Shown: positions 1 to 12,552 of the stretch, piece after piece
How the letters are laid out: the number at the start of each line of letters is the position of its first letter
Position numbering within the stretch: position 1 is the first letter of the stretch
Origin: Malacoraja senta
Taxonomy: Eukaryota
DNA length: 64,000 nt
Direction: 5' to 3'
Assembly (NCBI GenBank): GCA_038087875.1
Contig: CM075989.1
Location: 10,728,001 to 10,792,000, forward strand
Position numbers and translations under genes: made by a program
The notes under the pieces: generated by a model
The model's input: the letters and a program-made list of their open reading frames with translations, nothing else
What the model was told of the DNA's origin: nothing
Databases searched by the model: none

Positions 1-315
1 TGAAGAACCTGCCAATCTCTGATTTAAAAATTACCCAATGACGTGGCCTCCACAGCCATCTGTGGCAATGAATTCCTCAGAGTCACCACCCTCTGGCTAA
101 AAGAATTCCTCCTCATCTCCATTTGAAAGGTTTTATTCGGGGGTTGTGCTTTCTGGTCCTGGACTCTCCCACAACTGGAAATATACTCTCCACATTCACT
201 CTATCTAGTTCTTTTGTTATTCAGCAGGTTTCAATGTGATGCCTCCCCTCATCTTATTAAACGCCAGCACGTACATGCCCAGAACCATCAAACACTCCTC
301 ATGCGTTAATCTTTC
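1..315 (-). mobile_element. Degenerate CR1 (HER1-like) LINE 3' fragment
   Basis: Reverse complement resembles the CR1 ORF2 C-terminus seen at 17783-18150 (GGAGATGAGGAGGAATTCTTTTAGCCAGAGGGTGGTGACTCTG...). Confidence 0.7.
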
Positions 316-1072
316 ACACTGGATGAATAAAAGTGAGCTTGTGGGATGACAGATCCACCTTGCACAGAACTAATGGCGCACTGTTTCAGCACCCCATGAT
401 GTTCCATTGTATCTCCACTGCCAGGCTTTGAAACCTTCATCTCTACAAGGGTATGAACTATATAGCAATCTATATATCAGAGGACCAGCAATCAAACTGC
501 TGTTTGTATTTGAATTCTTCTCCCACATTATTTCTCCCACTGCAGTCTCAGCTGGCAGCATTAGCCAGCCCTTTCTGAAGAGGTGAAGATAATAATTGTT
601 ATTTCACTCTCAAATGGGCCTCTCGACGAGAGGATATCATTGATGGTGTTTTGGAGATGACAAAGGGATACATTCCTATGCACCCTTCTTCCCAAAGAGA
701 TCAGTGAGGATATAGAAACGACATAGAAGGGAAAAAAAGCCCTATTTGTAATGCACTCATTGACACGCTTGCACTTTTATCTTGTAAAAATTTCAAGTTC
801 AAACATGAAACATTTGAATTTATTTATATTGTAGGGAATTAGGTAACTCTACTTTTGAAAATCTGGGTATGTCATTAATTCTCACGAGAAGAAAACAACT
901 AGGTAACACTTTCAAAGGTAGACAATTCCCTATTTAATCCTGCTTAATGGATGTGCTTATGGTGATGTTACAAACTAATTCCGGATATATAGAGCAATTT
1001 AAAATATTTCAGATATAGTTTCCTGTGTAAATGGGACTACAGGTTTTATTACAGATGAATACAGAATTGGCA

Positions 1073-1866
1073 AAGTTCAAGTTCGCATTTATTGCCACCT
1101 GCACCAATTAAGGTACAGTGGAATTTGATTTACCATGCAGCCACACAGTCAAAAACAGCACAATACACAATAGAATGTAACATGAACATCCACCCCAGTG
1201 GAATCAACATTCTTCATTGTGGTGGAAGGCAATAACATTCAGTCAGTCCTCCTTTGTTCATCCGTGGTCGGGGCCATGAACCCTCCACAGTTGCCGCTAT
1301 GGACGGCCCGATGTACAGGCCCTCTCATCGGGAGGCTCAAAGCTCCGACGTCGGGACGGATGGACATTCTGCAGCTTGGAGGTCCCGAATCGGCCGCTTC
1401 CTACCGGAGACCGCATCTTCACGATGTTATAGGCCGCAGGCCGACGGTCGGAGCTCTTCTCCGGCGATCCCCGGCAAGGGATCCCAGACTCCACGATGGA
1501 AAGTCCACGTCGCGCCCGTGGCTATAAGCACCGCAGACCGCGGCTTCAGGATGTTGTAGTCCGCGGGCCAGCGATCAGAGCACTTCTTCTGGTGACCCCC
1601 CGGCAAGGAATCGCCCTGTTCCGCTGCTGAAGCTCTGGACACGACTCTGGGAGAGGCCGCACCAATCCAAGCTGTTAGGCCGCGAGGGAGGGCGAAATGC
1701 AACTAGGAGAAACGTCGCATTCCGCCGAGGTGAGTGACTAAAAAACATCCCCCTTCCCCGCCCCCACCCCCCCACACTAAAACACACTTTTAGACATACT
1801 AAAAACAAAAATAAGTCAAAAGGACGAACAGCTGCTGGCGAGGCTGCCGGCTCGCAGCGCCACCGG
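1073..1866 (-). mobile_element. GC-rich non-autonomous retroelement (SINE-like or internally deleted LINE)
   Basis: CpG-rich body with internal repeats, (AACTTG)n-like tail on the minus strand, homologous copy at 50274-50850, possible short TSD GAATAC (1057-1062 / 1867-1872). Confidence 0.6.
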
Positions 1867-2126
1867 GAATACTAATTTAATCCTGATGTCCAGAGATTCC
1901 GGAGTCATGGAATCATCAGTCTTTTCTCGCTGATGCTGCCTGCCGTGCTGAATATTACCAGCACTTTTCATTTGATTCAGTAACGATAACTCAGTGTGTG
2001 AAAGTTGTGGGTTGAAATCCCACAGTCGGAGGAACTGCCTTTTGGGTGAACAGGTAAACTGAGGCCCCACCCTCCTGAGATGGTGTAAAGTACCCAGCGC
2101 CACGTGGTGTGTTGCACCTATGGTTA

Positions 2127-2400
2127 GGGGTGGCACAGTGGTGCAGCGGTAGAGCTGCTGCCTTACAGCGCCAGAGACCCCGGTTTGGATGTTTTCCCTG
2201 TGACCACGTGGGTTTTCTCCGGGTGTTCCTGTTTCCACCCACACTCCAAAGACGTACAGGTTCGTTGGTTAATTGGCTTTGGTAAGTTGTAGAATTGTCC
2301 CTAGTGTGTAAGATCGTGTTAGTGTACGGGGTGATCGCTGGTCTGGGCGGACACAATGGGCAAAGGGGCCTGGTTCCGCTCTGTATCTCTGAAGTCTAAA
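2127..2400 (+). mobile_element. HE1-type tRNA-derived V-SINE
   Basis: tRNA-like head GGCACAGTGGTGCAGCGGTAGAGC, part of the V-domain (GTGGGTTTTCTCCGGGTG...CCCACACTCCAAAGACG), CR1-like tail; has an internal deletion. Confidence 0.85.
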
Positions 2401-2457
2401 GGAAAATATTTATTCCTCGACAATAATTGAAAATGCTAAATTATCTGGTTATTGTCA

Positions 2458-2632
2458 CAAAAGGACACAAAGTGCTGGAGTAATTCAGAGGGTCAGGCAG
2501 CATCTCTGGAGAACATGGAAAGGTGACGTTTTGGGTCGGGACTTTTCTTAAGAGCATTCTTCCTGACCCACTGTTACTACAGCACTTTGTGTCTTTTTTT
2601 GCAAACCAGCATCTGCAGTTCCTTGTTTCTAT
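2458..2632. mobile_element. Fold-back PLE terminal-repeat derivative
   Basis: Inverted arms of the PLE 3' repeat; TSD TGGTT(A/G)TTGTCA at 2446-2457 / 2633-2644. Confidence 0.75.
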
Positions 2633-3134
2633 TGGTTGTTGTCATACACTGTGGGAGCTTACAGTGTGGAAACTAAGGTTTGCTTATATTGTAACCACAT
2701 TTTATATAGTTTCATACTTCCTGTTGTGGAGAAGGAGGTTGTTCCACCACTGAGCCTATGCTGTTACTCAGAGCGATGCTATTAATCCGATACCTCCCTT
2801 TATTTCCATCTAACATATTCTCTCAGGCGTATCTATTAACATCTCCGATTCTTCCACTAGCCATCTACAATTGGGATAATTTACAGTTTCTAATTAACCT
2901 TTCAACATGTCTTTGGGAAGTGGGAGAAAGCTGGAGTACTCAGCCGGCCATGGGGAGAACATATAAACTCCTCTCAGCACTTCTCAAAGGTTGGAATTGA
3001 ACCTGGGTCATTTGAGCTGTAAGAGAGCTGCACTCCATGGATATCAACTGTTCTCTCCTTCAAAATAACGCCAGTGGCTACAAAGTACTTTGGTGCGGAA
3101 TGAGAGTGTAAAAAGGTTCTATGTTACATTCTCA

Positions 3135-3401
3135 CAGTGCGACCAGATAAATGTCCGTGCCACGTCCATGCGATCAGCGATCACCTGTACACTAGTTCCA
3201 TCCGACACAATTTACAGAAGCCAATTAACCTACCAACCTGCACATCTTTGGATGTGTGGGAGGAAACCGGTGCACCCGGAGAAAACCTACGCGGTCGCAT
3301 GGAGAACGTACAAACTCCGTACAGACAGCACCCATAGTCAGGATCAAACCCAGGTCTCTGGTGCTGTAAGGCAGCAACTTTACCGCTGCGACACTGTGCC
3401 C
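3135..3401 (-). mobile_element. HE1-type V-SINE
   Basis: Reverse complement of the HE1 head, V-domain and tail. Confidence 0.85.
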
Positions 3402-4118
3402 TTTGTTGTGTAACTCCAAATTGTCCTGCTCCACCTTTGGTTTTGTGCCCTCAGCTGCAAGGCCTTCATCTATGGAATTCTCTCCCAATCCTCTCCCTCT
3501 GCCTGCCTTTCTGCCTCTTCCCCTTTAAGGTGCTGCTGCAAACATCTCTCAAGAGCCAGACCTGACTGGGTAAATAGCAGTTGAAATGTCCTGACCTAAA
3601 AACGTGTTGCATCAGCACTCGTGCTGTTGAGCCACTCACTAATGCACAACATACTGTAAAATAAACAGGAGATATAAGAGCTTTGCAAGCAATGTAAAAC
3701 TTTGAGAATAACTCCCAACACAAAGATAAGCTTTGTGTTTCCATTGCAGCCTGAGCTTTGATTGTACGTGCAATGACCTGTGTAAATCACACAATGGCTT
3801 TATCTCTTTCCCTCTGCACCTGAGACTTCACAGAAACGCTTTGTTCTCAGTAAACACTGGAGATAGTTTGGCTCCTAATCTGTGGTTTCAGGCAGCACGA
3901 TTAACTCAGTTAATCTAAATGCCACCAGGAGAGTTGTGTAGACCCGGCAAAGAGTGCAATCAAGGGAGGTCGAGCAGCCAAACACTGTACAGTGCACCTG
4001 CTTGAATTGGAGCTGCTAACATTGACAGCTGTAAATTCATCTGCCATCCAGTGTCCGTTTCCACGTGCATCCATTCCTGCCCTTGCCCCTTCGCTCTCAC
4101 GCAATTGTCAGAATGTTT

Positions 4119-4201
4119 GAAGAAGGGTCTCGACCCGAAACGTCACCCATTCCTTCTCTCCAGAGATGCTGCCTGTCACGCTGAGTTACTCCAACATTTT
4201 G
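4119..4201 (+). mobile_element. Short PLE terminal-repeat insertion with hammerhead-like core
   Basis: GAAGAAGGGTCTCGACCCGAAACGTCACC...; 13-bp TSD TGTCAGAATGTTT at 4106-4118 / 4202-4214. Confidence 0.8.
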
Positions 4202-4461
4202 TGTCAGAATGTTTTGCTGGACAATATCAGAAACAGAGGCTGGGAAGGTCTTTCAGCCTCTCGAGATACTTCCGCCAGTCAGTGTGGTTGTCGTTGGCCT
4301 AAGCTCCAGTTTCCTGCTTGCTATCCTTCACCCTTGACTCCTCATTGAATACATTAAATGATTCAGCCTCCCATGTTAGAATATTGATACATGGCCACCA
4401 GGAAGAAGTGGAAATTGATATTGTTCTTGGAGATGTAATCAATGCCCACACCTGGGCATTG

Positions 4462-4748
4462 GGGCACCATGGTGGCGCAGCGGTAGAGCTGCTGCCTTAC
4501 AGCGCCAGAGACCCGGGTTTGATCCTGACTACGGGTGCTATCTTCTACGTTCTCCCCGTGACCATGTGGGTTTTCACCGGGTGCTCGGGTTTCCTCCCAC
4601 ATTCCAAAGACGTACACGTTTGTAGGTTAATTGGCTTTGGTAAATTGTAAATTGTTCGTAGTGTAGGATAATGGGATGTACGGGGTGATCGCTGGTCGAC
4701 GCGGATTCGGTGGGCCGGAGAGCCTGTTTTGGCGCTGTATCTCGAAAC
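4462..4748 (+). mobile_element. HE1-type V-SINE
   Basis: A-box-like TGGCGCAGCGG, B-box-like GGTTTGATCC, V-domain and CR1-type tail. Confidence 0.9.
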
Positions 4749-6603
4749 CTATGTCCAGCATCTGTGAGGTTTTTACTTTCTTTTCCCAGCATTGATTAGA
4801 TGGGTGGATTGGCCAGTTTGTTTACTGTATATTCAGTGTGGTGATCTAACTACTGCCCTGTTTTTGATGGTGCTGAATGTTTACAGTTAAAACTTTACTC
4901 TTAGGCATTAAGATATCAGTAATTTCAAAACGCTTTGTGCCATTTCCCGAGACGGCAGCCACTGTGACTTATGGATTATTATATTGGTGTCACGTGATTA
5001 TTGCATAAATGAATTCCTTCTTGGGCCAACGTTTAGCCAAGGCAGTTTTTGAGATGGGGAAGATGGGGAGAGAAAAGGAAATTAAATATCCTGCCATGTC
5101 TGGGTTAAAAAACAAGTGAGGCTTCATGTTGAGTCTTGAAGTTTCCAGAGTGGTTCAGTAATGTGCTTATGCAAGCAGAGAGAAGCTTACCGAGCGCTCT
5201 GATCTGTTCAGCAGGCTGTGGGAATGAGCTGAGAATTTAATCAGCGATTAATTTTATCATATTGACTCTGCAACATGTCAACATTAGCTCTGTCAACAAT
5301 GAAAGAGTTGCTATTTGCACAATCAACACAGACGCCAATAGCACAAAGAACTGGAGGTCACAGGGAGGGGGCAAAGGGGGAGGTTTTATTACAGGATCGC
5401 TGAACAAAAGGAATAGGGTGAAGTGCGGGCAGATGGGCTTGGGCATCATTCATACTCGATTATAAAAATGAACGGGCACAGCACACATCGTGGTTGGCAT
5501 GTAATTAGGTTCTTGCTCTTGCTGTGTTTGTTTAATGGGCAGGTGGACCCTCACTGCCTGTGGAAATATTGACCTACATTGCTGCTATTTAGCAAGCACG
5601 GCTCCCCTTCTCTTTAAGCCGTCTCTCTGTTTCTGCGGCAGTGGCCAATTGGGGAGCTATGGGGCAACAGATGCTTGGATGGTGGGGAGCTTCTTCTGGT
5701 GTTTGCAGTGTGCTCCTGGTCAATGAGATTGCGGTTCTCAATATCACCCTTGAACACCCCTTCTGAGCATTGAAGGTATCAGAGGAGGTGAGACATTTAA
5801 TCATGGGCCTTTTGAAAGCATTCACGAAACATTTTTTCCTTCCACCTGAGGAACAATCTCTTGCCATGCCAGGGCTCAGTCCATTTCGGGAGCCAGGTGG
5901 TGGGGACGTGAACAAAGTGGGCAGCTGAGTACGATTAGTACCTCTGTGCTGGCGGGACTGGTCTGGGAAAGGTCACTGACATTGCTTACAACAACCATCG
6001 AGTGTTTGTTGGCACACACACCACCAGGCCTCACAGCCTTGCCAATGGAACACTCGCTAATGAGAGATTAAAGGCTTTCTTATCAGTTTGCCTTTGTTCT
6101 TGCTGAAGGAGGCTGCTTTCCCAGGGCCCTGCCGTTAATATTTATTTGGGCCTGCAGCAGTTTGCTGTTGCTCAGGCGTCACCATAACGGCTCCCTTTGA
6201 CAGGTTGTTTGCTTACATTCCCCGTCCAAAGATTAGATGTGAATGAGTACCTCGGAGTCCGAGCTCTCCCTTATGACATTGAAGGAGGCCATTTGGCCCA
6301 TTGAGTCTGTGCCAGTTTTCAGAGCAACTCTACCGCTGCGCCACCGTGGCTGGCGTATCTCAGTGGGTTCATCTTCCATCTTCCCTCCTTCTTCTGGCTT
6401 CATAGTCTGCAACTCCTCAAACCTCGCTTCTACTTAGCGTTCATATTTCTGGCCTTTGTCTCAAAACATCTCAATCCCTCTCGTCTTTTTTGACAGGCAG
6501 ATGATTGGAACAAAAGGCCAGAGATTGCCCGCCACAGTTTGTCCTTCCTCTCCCTTTTTCCAGCTCTCTTCTCCCCCTGCCCCCTCCCCCCACCACAATC
6601 AGT

Positions 6604-6632
6604 CTGATGAAGGGTCTCGACCCGAAACGTTA
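6604..6632 (+). ncRNA. Minimal type I hammerhead ribozyme-like motif in a PLE terminal repeat (6540-6700)
   Basis: CTGATGA-A-GGGTC(TC)GACCC-GAAAC-GTTA: canonical CUGAUGA and GAAA core around a stem II. Stems I and III are minimal; activity is not shown. Confidence 0.6.
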
Positions 6633-7185
6633 CCTATCCATGTTCTCCAGAGATGCTTCCTGACCAGCTGAGTTACTCCCGCACTTTGTGTCCTTTGTGG
6701 TTTTTTACAAATCCAGTATTAGTGATGCATGTTGAACAGGACCCTGCAGTCTTCAACAATTGTGGCTTGCTGGAGCCACGTAAGGCTATTTATTACAGCC
6801 TTTGTTATCAAGAAGAGAGAGTTTTGTAACGGCCTGTTCCTGAAGAAAGCTTCCATTGGGGATGGATTGGGACAAAGATTAAACAGCCTCAGAGATTTGA
6901 AAATTTCCATTCAAAGAGTAAATTACATCATGCAGTGAACCTTTGTGGCTCTGTTGCTGATTCTGAGTTGGAGGGACTGAAATGAGACACTGATTTCTTG
7001 TAAAATCAGTGATTCAATTCACAGGCTCTCTAGTCACATATCCCAGTCAAGAGAGATCCATTTTAGCTACCAGCACATTGGGACAGTCGATGCCGATTCG
7101 GTGGGCCAAATGGCCTGTATCCGTGCTACATGGCTATGGGGGTGGAAATGACAACGATCTGAGGCACATCAGCAACAACTCACAT

Positions 7186-7810
7186 GTAGGAAGGAACTGC
7201 AGATGCTAGTTTAAACCAAAGATAGACGCGAAATGCTGGAGTAACTCAGCGGGACAGGCAGCATCTCTGGAGAGAAGGGATGGGTGACGTTTCGGGTCGA
7301 GACGCTTCTTCAGACTAGTCAGGGGAAAGTGAAACGAGAGATATAGACAGCGATATTGAGAGAGATGGGACAAATGAATGAAAGATATGCAAAACAGTAA
7401 CGATGATAAAGGAAACAGGCCATTGTTAGCTGTTTGCTAGGTGAGAACGGGAACCTGGTGCGACTTGGGTGGGGGAGGGATAGAGAGAGAGGGAGTGCAG
7501 GGGTTACTTGAAGTTAGTGTAATCAATATTCATACCACTGGGTTGTAAGCTGCCCAAGTAAAATATGAAATGCTGTTCCTCCAATTTATGATTAGCCTCA
7601 CTCTGACAATGGAGGAGGCCTAGGACAGAAAGGTCAGTGTGGGAATGGGAAGGGGAATTTAAGTGTTTGGCAAGCAGGAGATCAGGTAGGTCCAGGCAGA
7701 CTGAGCAAAGGTGTTCCGCGAAATGATCGCCCAGTCTACGTTTGGTCTCGCCGTTGTATAAGTGTCCACATCTTGAACAACGGATACAGTAGATGAGGGT
7801 GGGGGAGGTG
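7186..7810 (-). mobile_element. Penelope-like element 3' fragment (GIY-YIG endonuclease C-terminus plus terminal repeat)
   Basis: ORF 7504..7932(-) contains LIYCIRCSRCGHLYNGETKRRLGDHFAEH...GMNIDY, closely matching 53379..54107; followed by the hammerhead-bearing repeat. Confidence 0.9.
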
Positions 7811-9794
7811 AAATGTTCATTCCAAAACATAAAGTCCCAAAGTGCGACAATAGGAAGCCTTTGCCAGGCACTCCGCATCCTGTACAGAGTGGCAGCAATT
7901 AGAAAAAAGATTACTAACAGGATTATAAACAACTTTTGACTGGATTCCCAAAGCCAGATGGTTTAAGGATGCAGTGGAGTTATGTTTGGCTTGGTTACTG
8001 TGATGGGGTTGTTCAGATTGTTAACTCAATTAATCACCCGAAGAGCCCACAATGGTGTCAACCTCTCCTCCAAACAAAGTAAGATTCAGCTGATTTGTTC
8101 GATACATGAATATAAATTAACATCCTTTGCTGTCTGGAAATCAAATCAGATGCTAGAAAAATGACGTAGTTAGGAGCAGCACAGTTGCGCAGCAGGTAGA
8201 GCTGCTGCCTCACAGTGCCGGAGACCCGGGTTCGATCCTGACCTGGGCTGCTGTGTGTGTGGAATTTGCATGTTCTGCCTGTGACTGCTTGGGCTTCCTC
8301 CGTGTGCCGTTCTACCTCTTTGCCACAACGCAATATTCCTGTACACTTGAAAATCTAAGAAACTGCTGGAAATCTAAAATAAAAATAGAAAATGCTGGTG
8401 ATACTCCACAGGTCTGGCCACATCAGTGGCAGTATCTCCTTTGCTAGGGCAACCTTCCCAAGTAAAGGTGCTATGTAAATGCAAATTGTGTTTGTTGTAC
8501 CTTGATCACATGAGCTTTGACCAACGCAGTTTACTGATCGTAATTACCTTAGACTCTGTAATCAAAAAACATTTATGGCAAATTGTTTGCTTTGTATTGA
8601 ATAATCAGTTGGTCTGCCAAGCACTTCCATACCATTTGTTAATTACTGTTTCACTTTTATTGCTAAAAGCCTGTGTAGCGATATGGACAATATGAGGGTC
8701 ATAAGTTACTGTGTACACAGTGACAGACTTGTGCTCCACAGAGACTCTATTAAATCATTGTGATTAGGAGCAATGGAAAATAAGTGACAGCTTTGTTAGT
8801 CCAATTGTGTAGTGTCTATTTGCCCAAGCGCTCGGCTGTATGAACACACAGTAGTCTTTCAATGCACTGTTGAAATAGCATGATTTCTAAAACATCCGGC
8901 TCTTATTTGCAGGGAGAATATTGCCTGCACAGAAGGTGATCACATCTTTTTACCCATCTCCTGCAGGTTCAAGTAGCTTCTGGAAACAATGAACAAACCC
9001 AAGGTCCATGAGTTTCCAGCCGGGTCTGCCCAAGTCCAGCGACCGTTTTTTGATCTGAAGGAGGATCCTGACCCGAAATGTCACCTATCCACTCTTCCAG
9101 AGATGCTGCCTGACCCACTGATAGACACAAAATGCCAGAGTAACTCAGGTGACAGGCAAGCATCTCTGGAGAGAAGGAATGGGTGATGTTTCGGGTCCCG
9201 CTGAGTTACCCCAGCAATTTGTATTTTTGTAAACCAGCATCTGCAGTTTCTTATGTTGACTCTTTTTATTTACTTATTTGTTTATCCTTTTATTTGTTCA
9301 TGGGACGCAGACTTATGGGCAAGGCCAGCGTAGCTTATTGTGTGCAAACTGACGAAGGTCTACAACACCAAAGGGTCATATGTCAATTTGGACAGCAAAT
9401 TTGACCCATTTTCCCTATACACTCAGGGGCAATTTACAGACGCTGAAGAACCTCTTGGCCAACGTCTTTGTGATGTGGGAAGAAACCCACGAGGTCACAG
9501 GGAGATAATGCAAACTCCACATAGACAGCACCCGATGTCAGGAACGAACCCAGGTGTCTGTTCCTATGAGACAGTGGCTGTACTAGGTGCGCCATTGTGT
9601 TGCCTATTGATTCTGGGTCAATGTTGTTGATGTATGTTTGGAGTTGAACCTCCAAATGTCTCTGAATGGATCAGCTATCTCCCCATGGAATCTCCTTGAA
9701 CTGTTGAGATCAGTGCCTCATATGTACATTTAGAAACTCCAGCAGTTGAGAAGACAATAATTGGAAAATGTCAAATCTTCGTTCCGTAATCGAA

Positions 9795-10070
9795 AGAACA
9801 ACTTCCATTTCTATAGCGCTTTTTACAACCACGGGATGCTGTAATAAACCTTACAGCCAAGGAAGTACTTTGGGAGTGTGGTCACTTTTATAAAGTAGAT
9901 AACATAGCAGTCAGTGTACGTGCAGTAAATTCCAAACAATGGTGTGATAACAACCAGACAATCTTATCTATGAAAATGGTTGAGGGATAACTGTTGGCAG
10001 AGGACATGAAGAATACATGCCTACACTTCTTTGAAACAGTGCTGTGGGGCATGTTGTGTCTTGCTGAAAG
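9795..10070 (-). mobile_element. Old Deu-domain SINE (SacSINE1/AmnSINE1-like)
   Basis: Reverse complement resembles the DeuSINE 3' half (...ATCCCTCAACC...GTGACCACACTCCCAAAGTACTTCCTTGGCTGTAAG...GCGCTATAGAAATG), compared against a consensus recalled from memory. Confidence 0.55.
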
Positions 10071-11104
10071 AGCCTTGCTGTTAAAGATGGCACCTTTAGC
10101 AATACAGCTCTGCCTTGGTGGTGTAGCAGAATGTCTGTCTGACCTCTGGGATACAGGGGTTATGGGGAGAAGGCAGTAGAATGGGATTGAGAGGGAAAGA
10201 TAAATAAAGCATGATTGAATGGTACAGTGGACCTGATGGGCTGAATGGCCTAATTCTGCTCCTGGAACTTAGGAACTTTGGCTGCAACCTTCAGGAGGTT
10301 TGTCCTGTGGACATAGAATGATCAACTTCCAGCTCATCGGACTGCTACGTGACAATTTTATCAATATTGATAAAAGCCAAGCATTTCGCACAACCTCTCG
10401 CAGGCTGCAGAGTAAATAACTAACGCGTTATAAAATTGAGAAATCAGATTTCCATTGAGGCATGGATCAATTGGGGCTTGTAAGATTTGAAAGTCACATC
10501 AGAACTTTGTTCTTTGAGTCCCCAAAATGCTTCCTGATATTTTCTCCCATATTTATATTATCCCCCAGGTCAATTTATCTGCTTTCTTGCAATAAGGGAT
10601 GATTGTAGAGGCCCACCCTGTATTGGTTAATGTGCATCACATGACCCTGTAGATAATTCATGGTTAGATGACAATAGGATCCCAACAATGGTCTTCTATC
10701 AGCTGACTCACCAGGGGCAGTAGAGTTGGCCATCATTGGGGCCCTGCTTGATCCCTTTGGAAAATGGCTCAGAGCCATTGAGTCTGGCAAATATATAAAG
10801 GCTCTATGGAAAAGCAAGCAACTGGTACCGACTGAGGGTTGTTGTGGTTGCATTTGGAAGAGGATCCAGAGATGGGGAGCCAAGGATGAACTAGGAAAGC
10901 AGGGTGAGGGTTTTAAGAAGCTGGGGGAGGTGGTGTTGGGAAGAGCGTGGGGCTGCAGTTTTAGTGTTAATGAACTGTTTCATGCCTCGTTACTTCCCCC
11001 TCCGTGGTTGTGATTTCAAACTCTACTCCTGAAGTGTGAGTACAACATTCTCTGCTGTGCATTCACAGGGAGCATCTCACTGAGAGATTCATGTTTTCAT
11101 ATTC

Positions 11105-11325
11105 GTGTGGAATTCATTGCCACAGACGGCTGTGGAAACCAAGTCAATGGATATTTTTAGGGCAGAGATTGACAGATTATTGATTAGTAAGTGTGTCAGG
11201 GGCTATGGGGAGAAGGTAGGAGAATGGGTTTCAGAGGGAATGATAGATCAGCCATGATTAAATGGCAGAGTAGACTTGATGGGCCAAATGGCCTAATTCT
11301 GATCCTACAAAAATTATGAACTTAT
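11105..11325 (+). mobile_element. CR1 LINE 3' end
   Basis: GTGGAATTCATTGCCACAG...GGGGCTATGGGGAGAAGG...GGGCCAAATGGCCTAATTCTG tail with TTATGAAC repeats. Confidence 0.75.
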
Positions 11326-12483
11326 GAACAAGGAACTGCAGCTGCTGGTTTACACAAAAGGATACAAAGTGCTGGAGTAACTCGATGGGTTAGGCAGCTT
11401 CTGTGGAGAATGTGGATAGGGGATGTTGTGGGTCTGTGCTGTCTGTGTGGAGTTTGCACGTTCTCCCTGTGATCATGTGGATTCCTTTCAACATCCCAAA
11501 AATGAGCTGATTGATATTTCAATTGGCCTCTGTAATTAAAGGTGTCCAGCATTGTTTAGAGCAGATAGTCAGAACCTTTTTCCCATGGCAGTAGTATCGA
11601 AAATAGGTGGGACTGGGATTAAGTTAAGAGGAAATTGTTGTAAAGAGGATTTGAGAGAAAATTATTTACCCAGAGAGTAGTTGATATGTGAAACTCACTG
11701 CCAGAGTAGATGGTGGGGTTAGAAACAGTCTCTATGTTGCTGAGATATTTAGACAGACACCAAAATACACATTGCATTGAAGGATTGTACCTTGTGGGCA
11801 AATGGGCTTTATGGAAATAGCCAAAATAGTCAACATGGACATGGTGGACTGAGGGGACCGTTTCTATGGTGTATATCTCTATAGCTATGACTCTACATGT
11901 GGTGGAATCTGGTGGCAGTTGAGGGAGCTGAGGGGACAAATATAATGAGGTAAAACAGGATTAGTATAGAAATGGGTGCTGAGTGGTCAGCATGCACTTG
12001 GAGGGCCAAATAGCCTATTTCCATGCTGTATTTCTCTTTGTCTTCCACTCAAAACCTCCATGAAAACCTTTCCATTGATGATGCTTTATCTTTCTAGAGA
12101 GTGGTTGAAATCTGGAACTGGCTGCCAAAGGAAGTGGTGCCAATAAAACTGGGTACAACACCAATAATAGTTACATTAAGTGAGGTTTGCGATGTTGTCC
12201 TGAATTTAGTGACTCGTTCATGTGTGCGAGATGTGGTGTTGGTAACCTGGGGAGCTGTGTACTCTGCCGCCTCGCTGCAGGTATCTGGCCTTATTGATTC
12301 ATAGCAGCACTGAAGAAACTGTGTAATGTTGGGGATTCCACGTTCTGGATGGGACATTAAACCGAGACCTTGGCTTCTTTCTCAGCAGAATGCTGCACAA
12401 TGTCAATACCACTATTTTGAAGAGGAGTAATGGTGATCTGCCGGGGAACCTCTACATTTATCCGAGGAGCAGATGGAGCCTCT

Positions 12484-12552
12484 AGGGCCTGTCCCACTTG
12501 GGCGTCATTTACGCGACATCATTTACGCGTCACGATGCACGACACGATGCAC
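12484..12552. mobile_element. Truncated end of a Harbinger-type MITE
   Basis: AGGGCCTGTCCCACTTGG...CATCATTTACGC matches the reverse complement of the right end of 49418-49637. Confidence 0.7.

Noticed and set aside
1198..1808. Overlapping 65-109 aa ORFs (likewise 50341-50834)
   Set aside because: Stop-poor GC-rich repeat sequence, open in several frames on both strands, with no domain similarity I can recognise.
4462..4535. tRNA gene (and similar heads elsewhere)
   Set aside because: tRNA-like A/B boxes run directly into the V-domain and LINE-type tail, so these are SINE heads.
8895..8975. Two acceptor-like sites and a possible micro-exon
   Set aside because: Weak donor, implausibly short intervening intron, and downstream sequence runs into a repeat.
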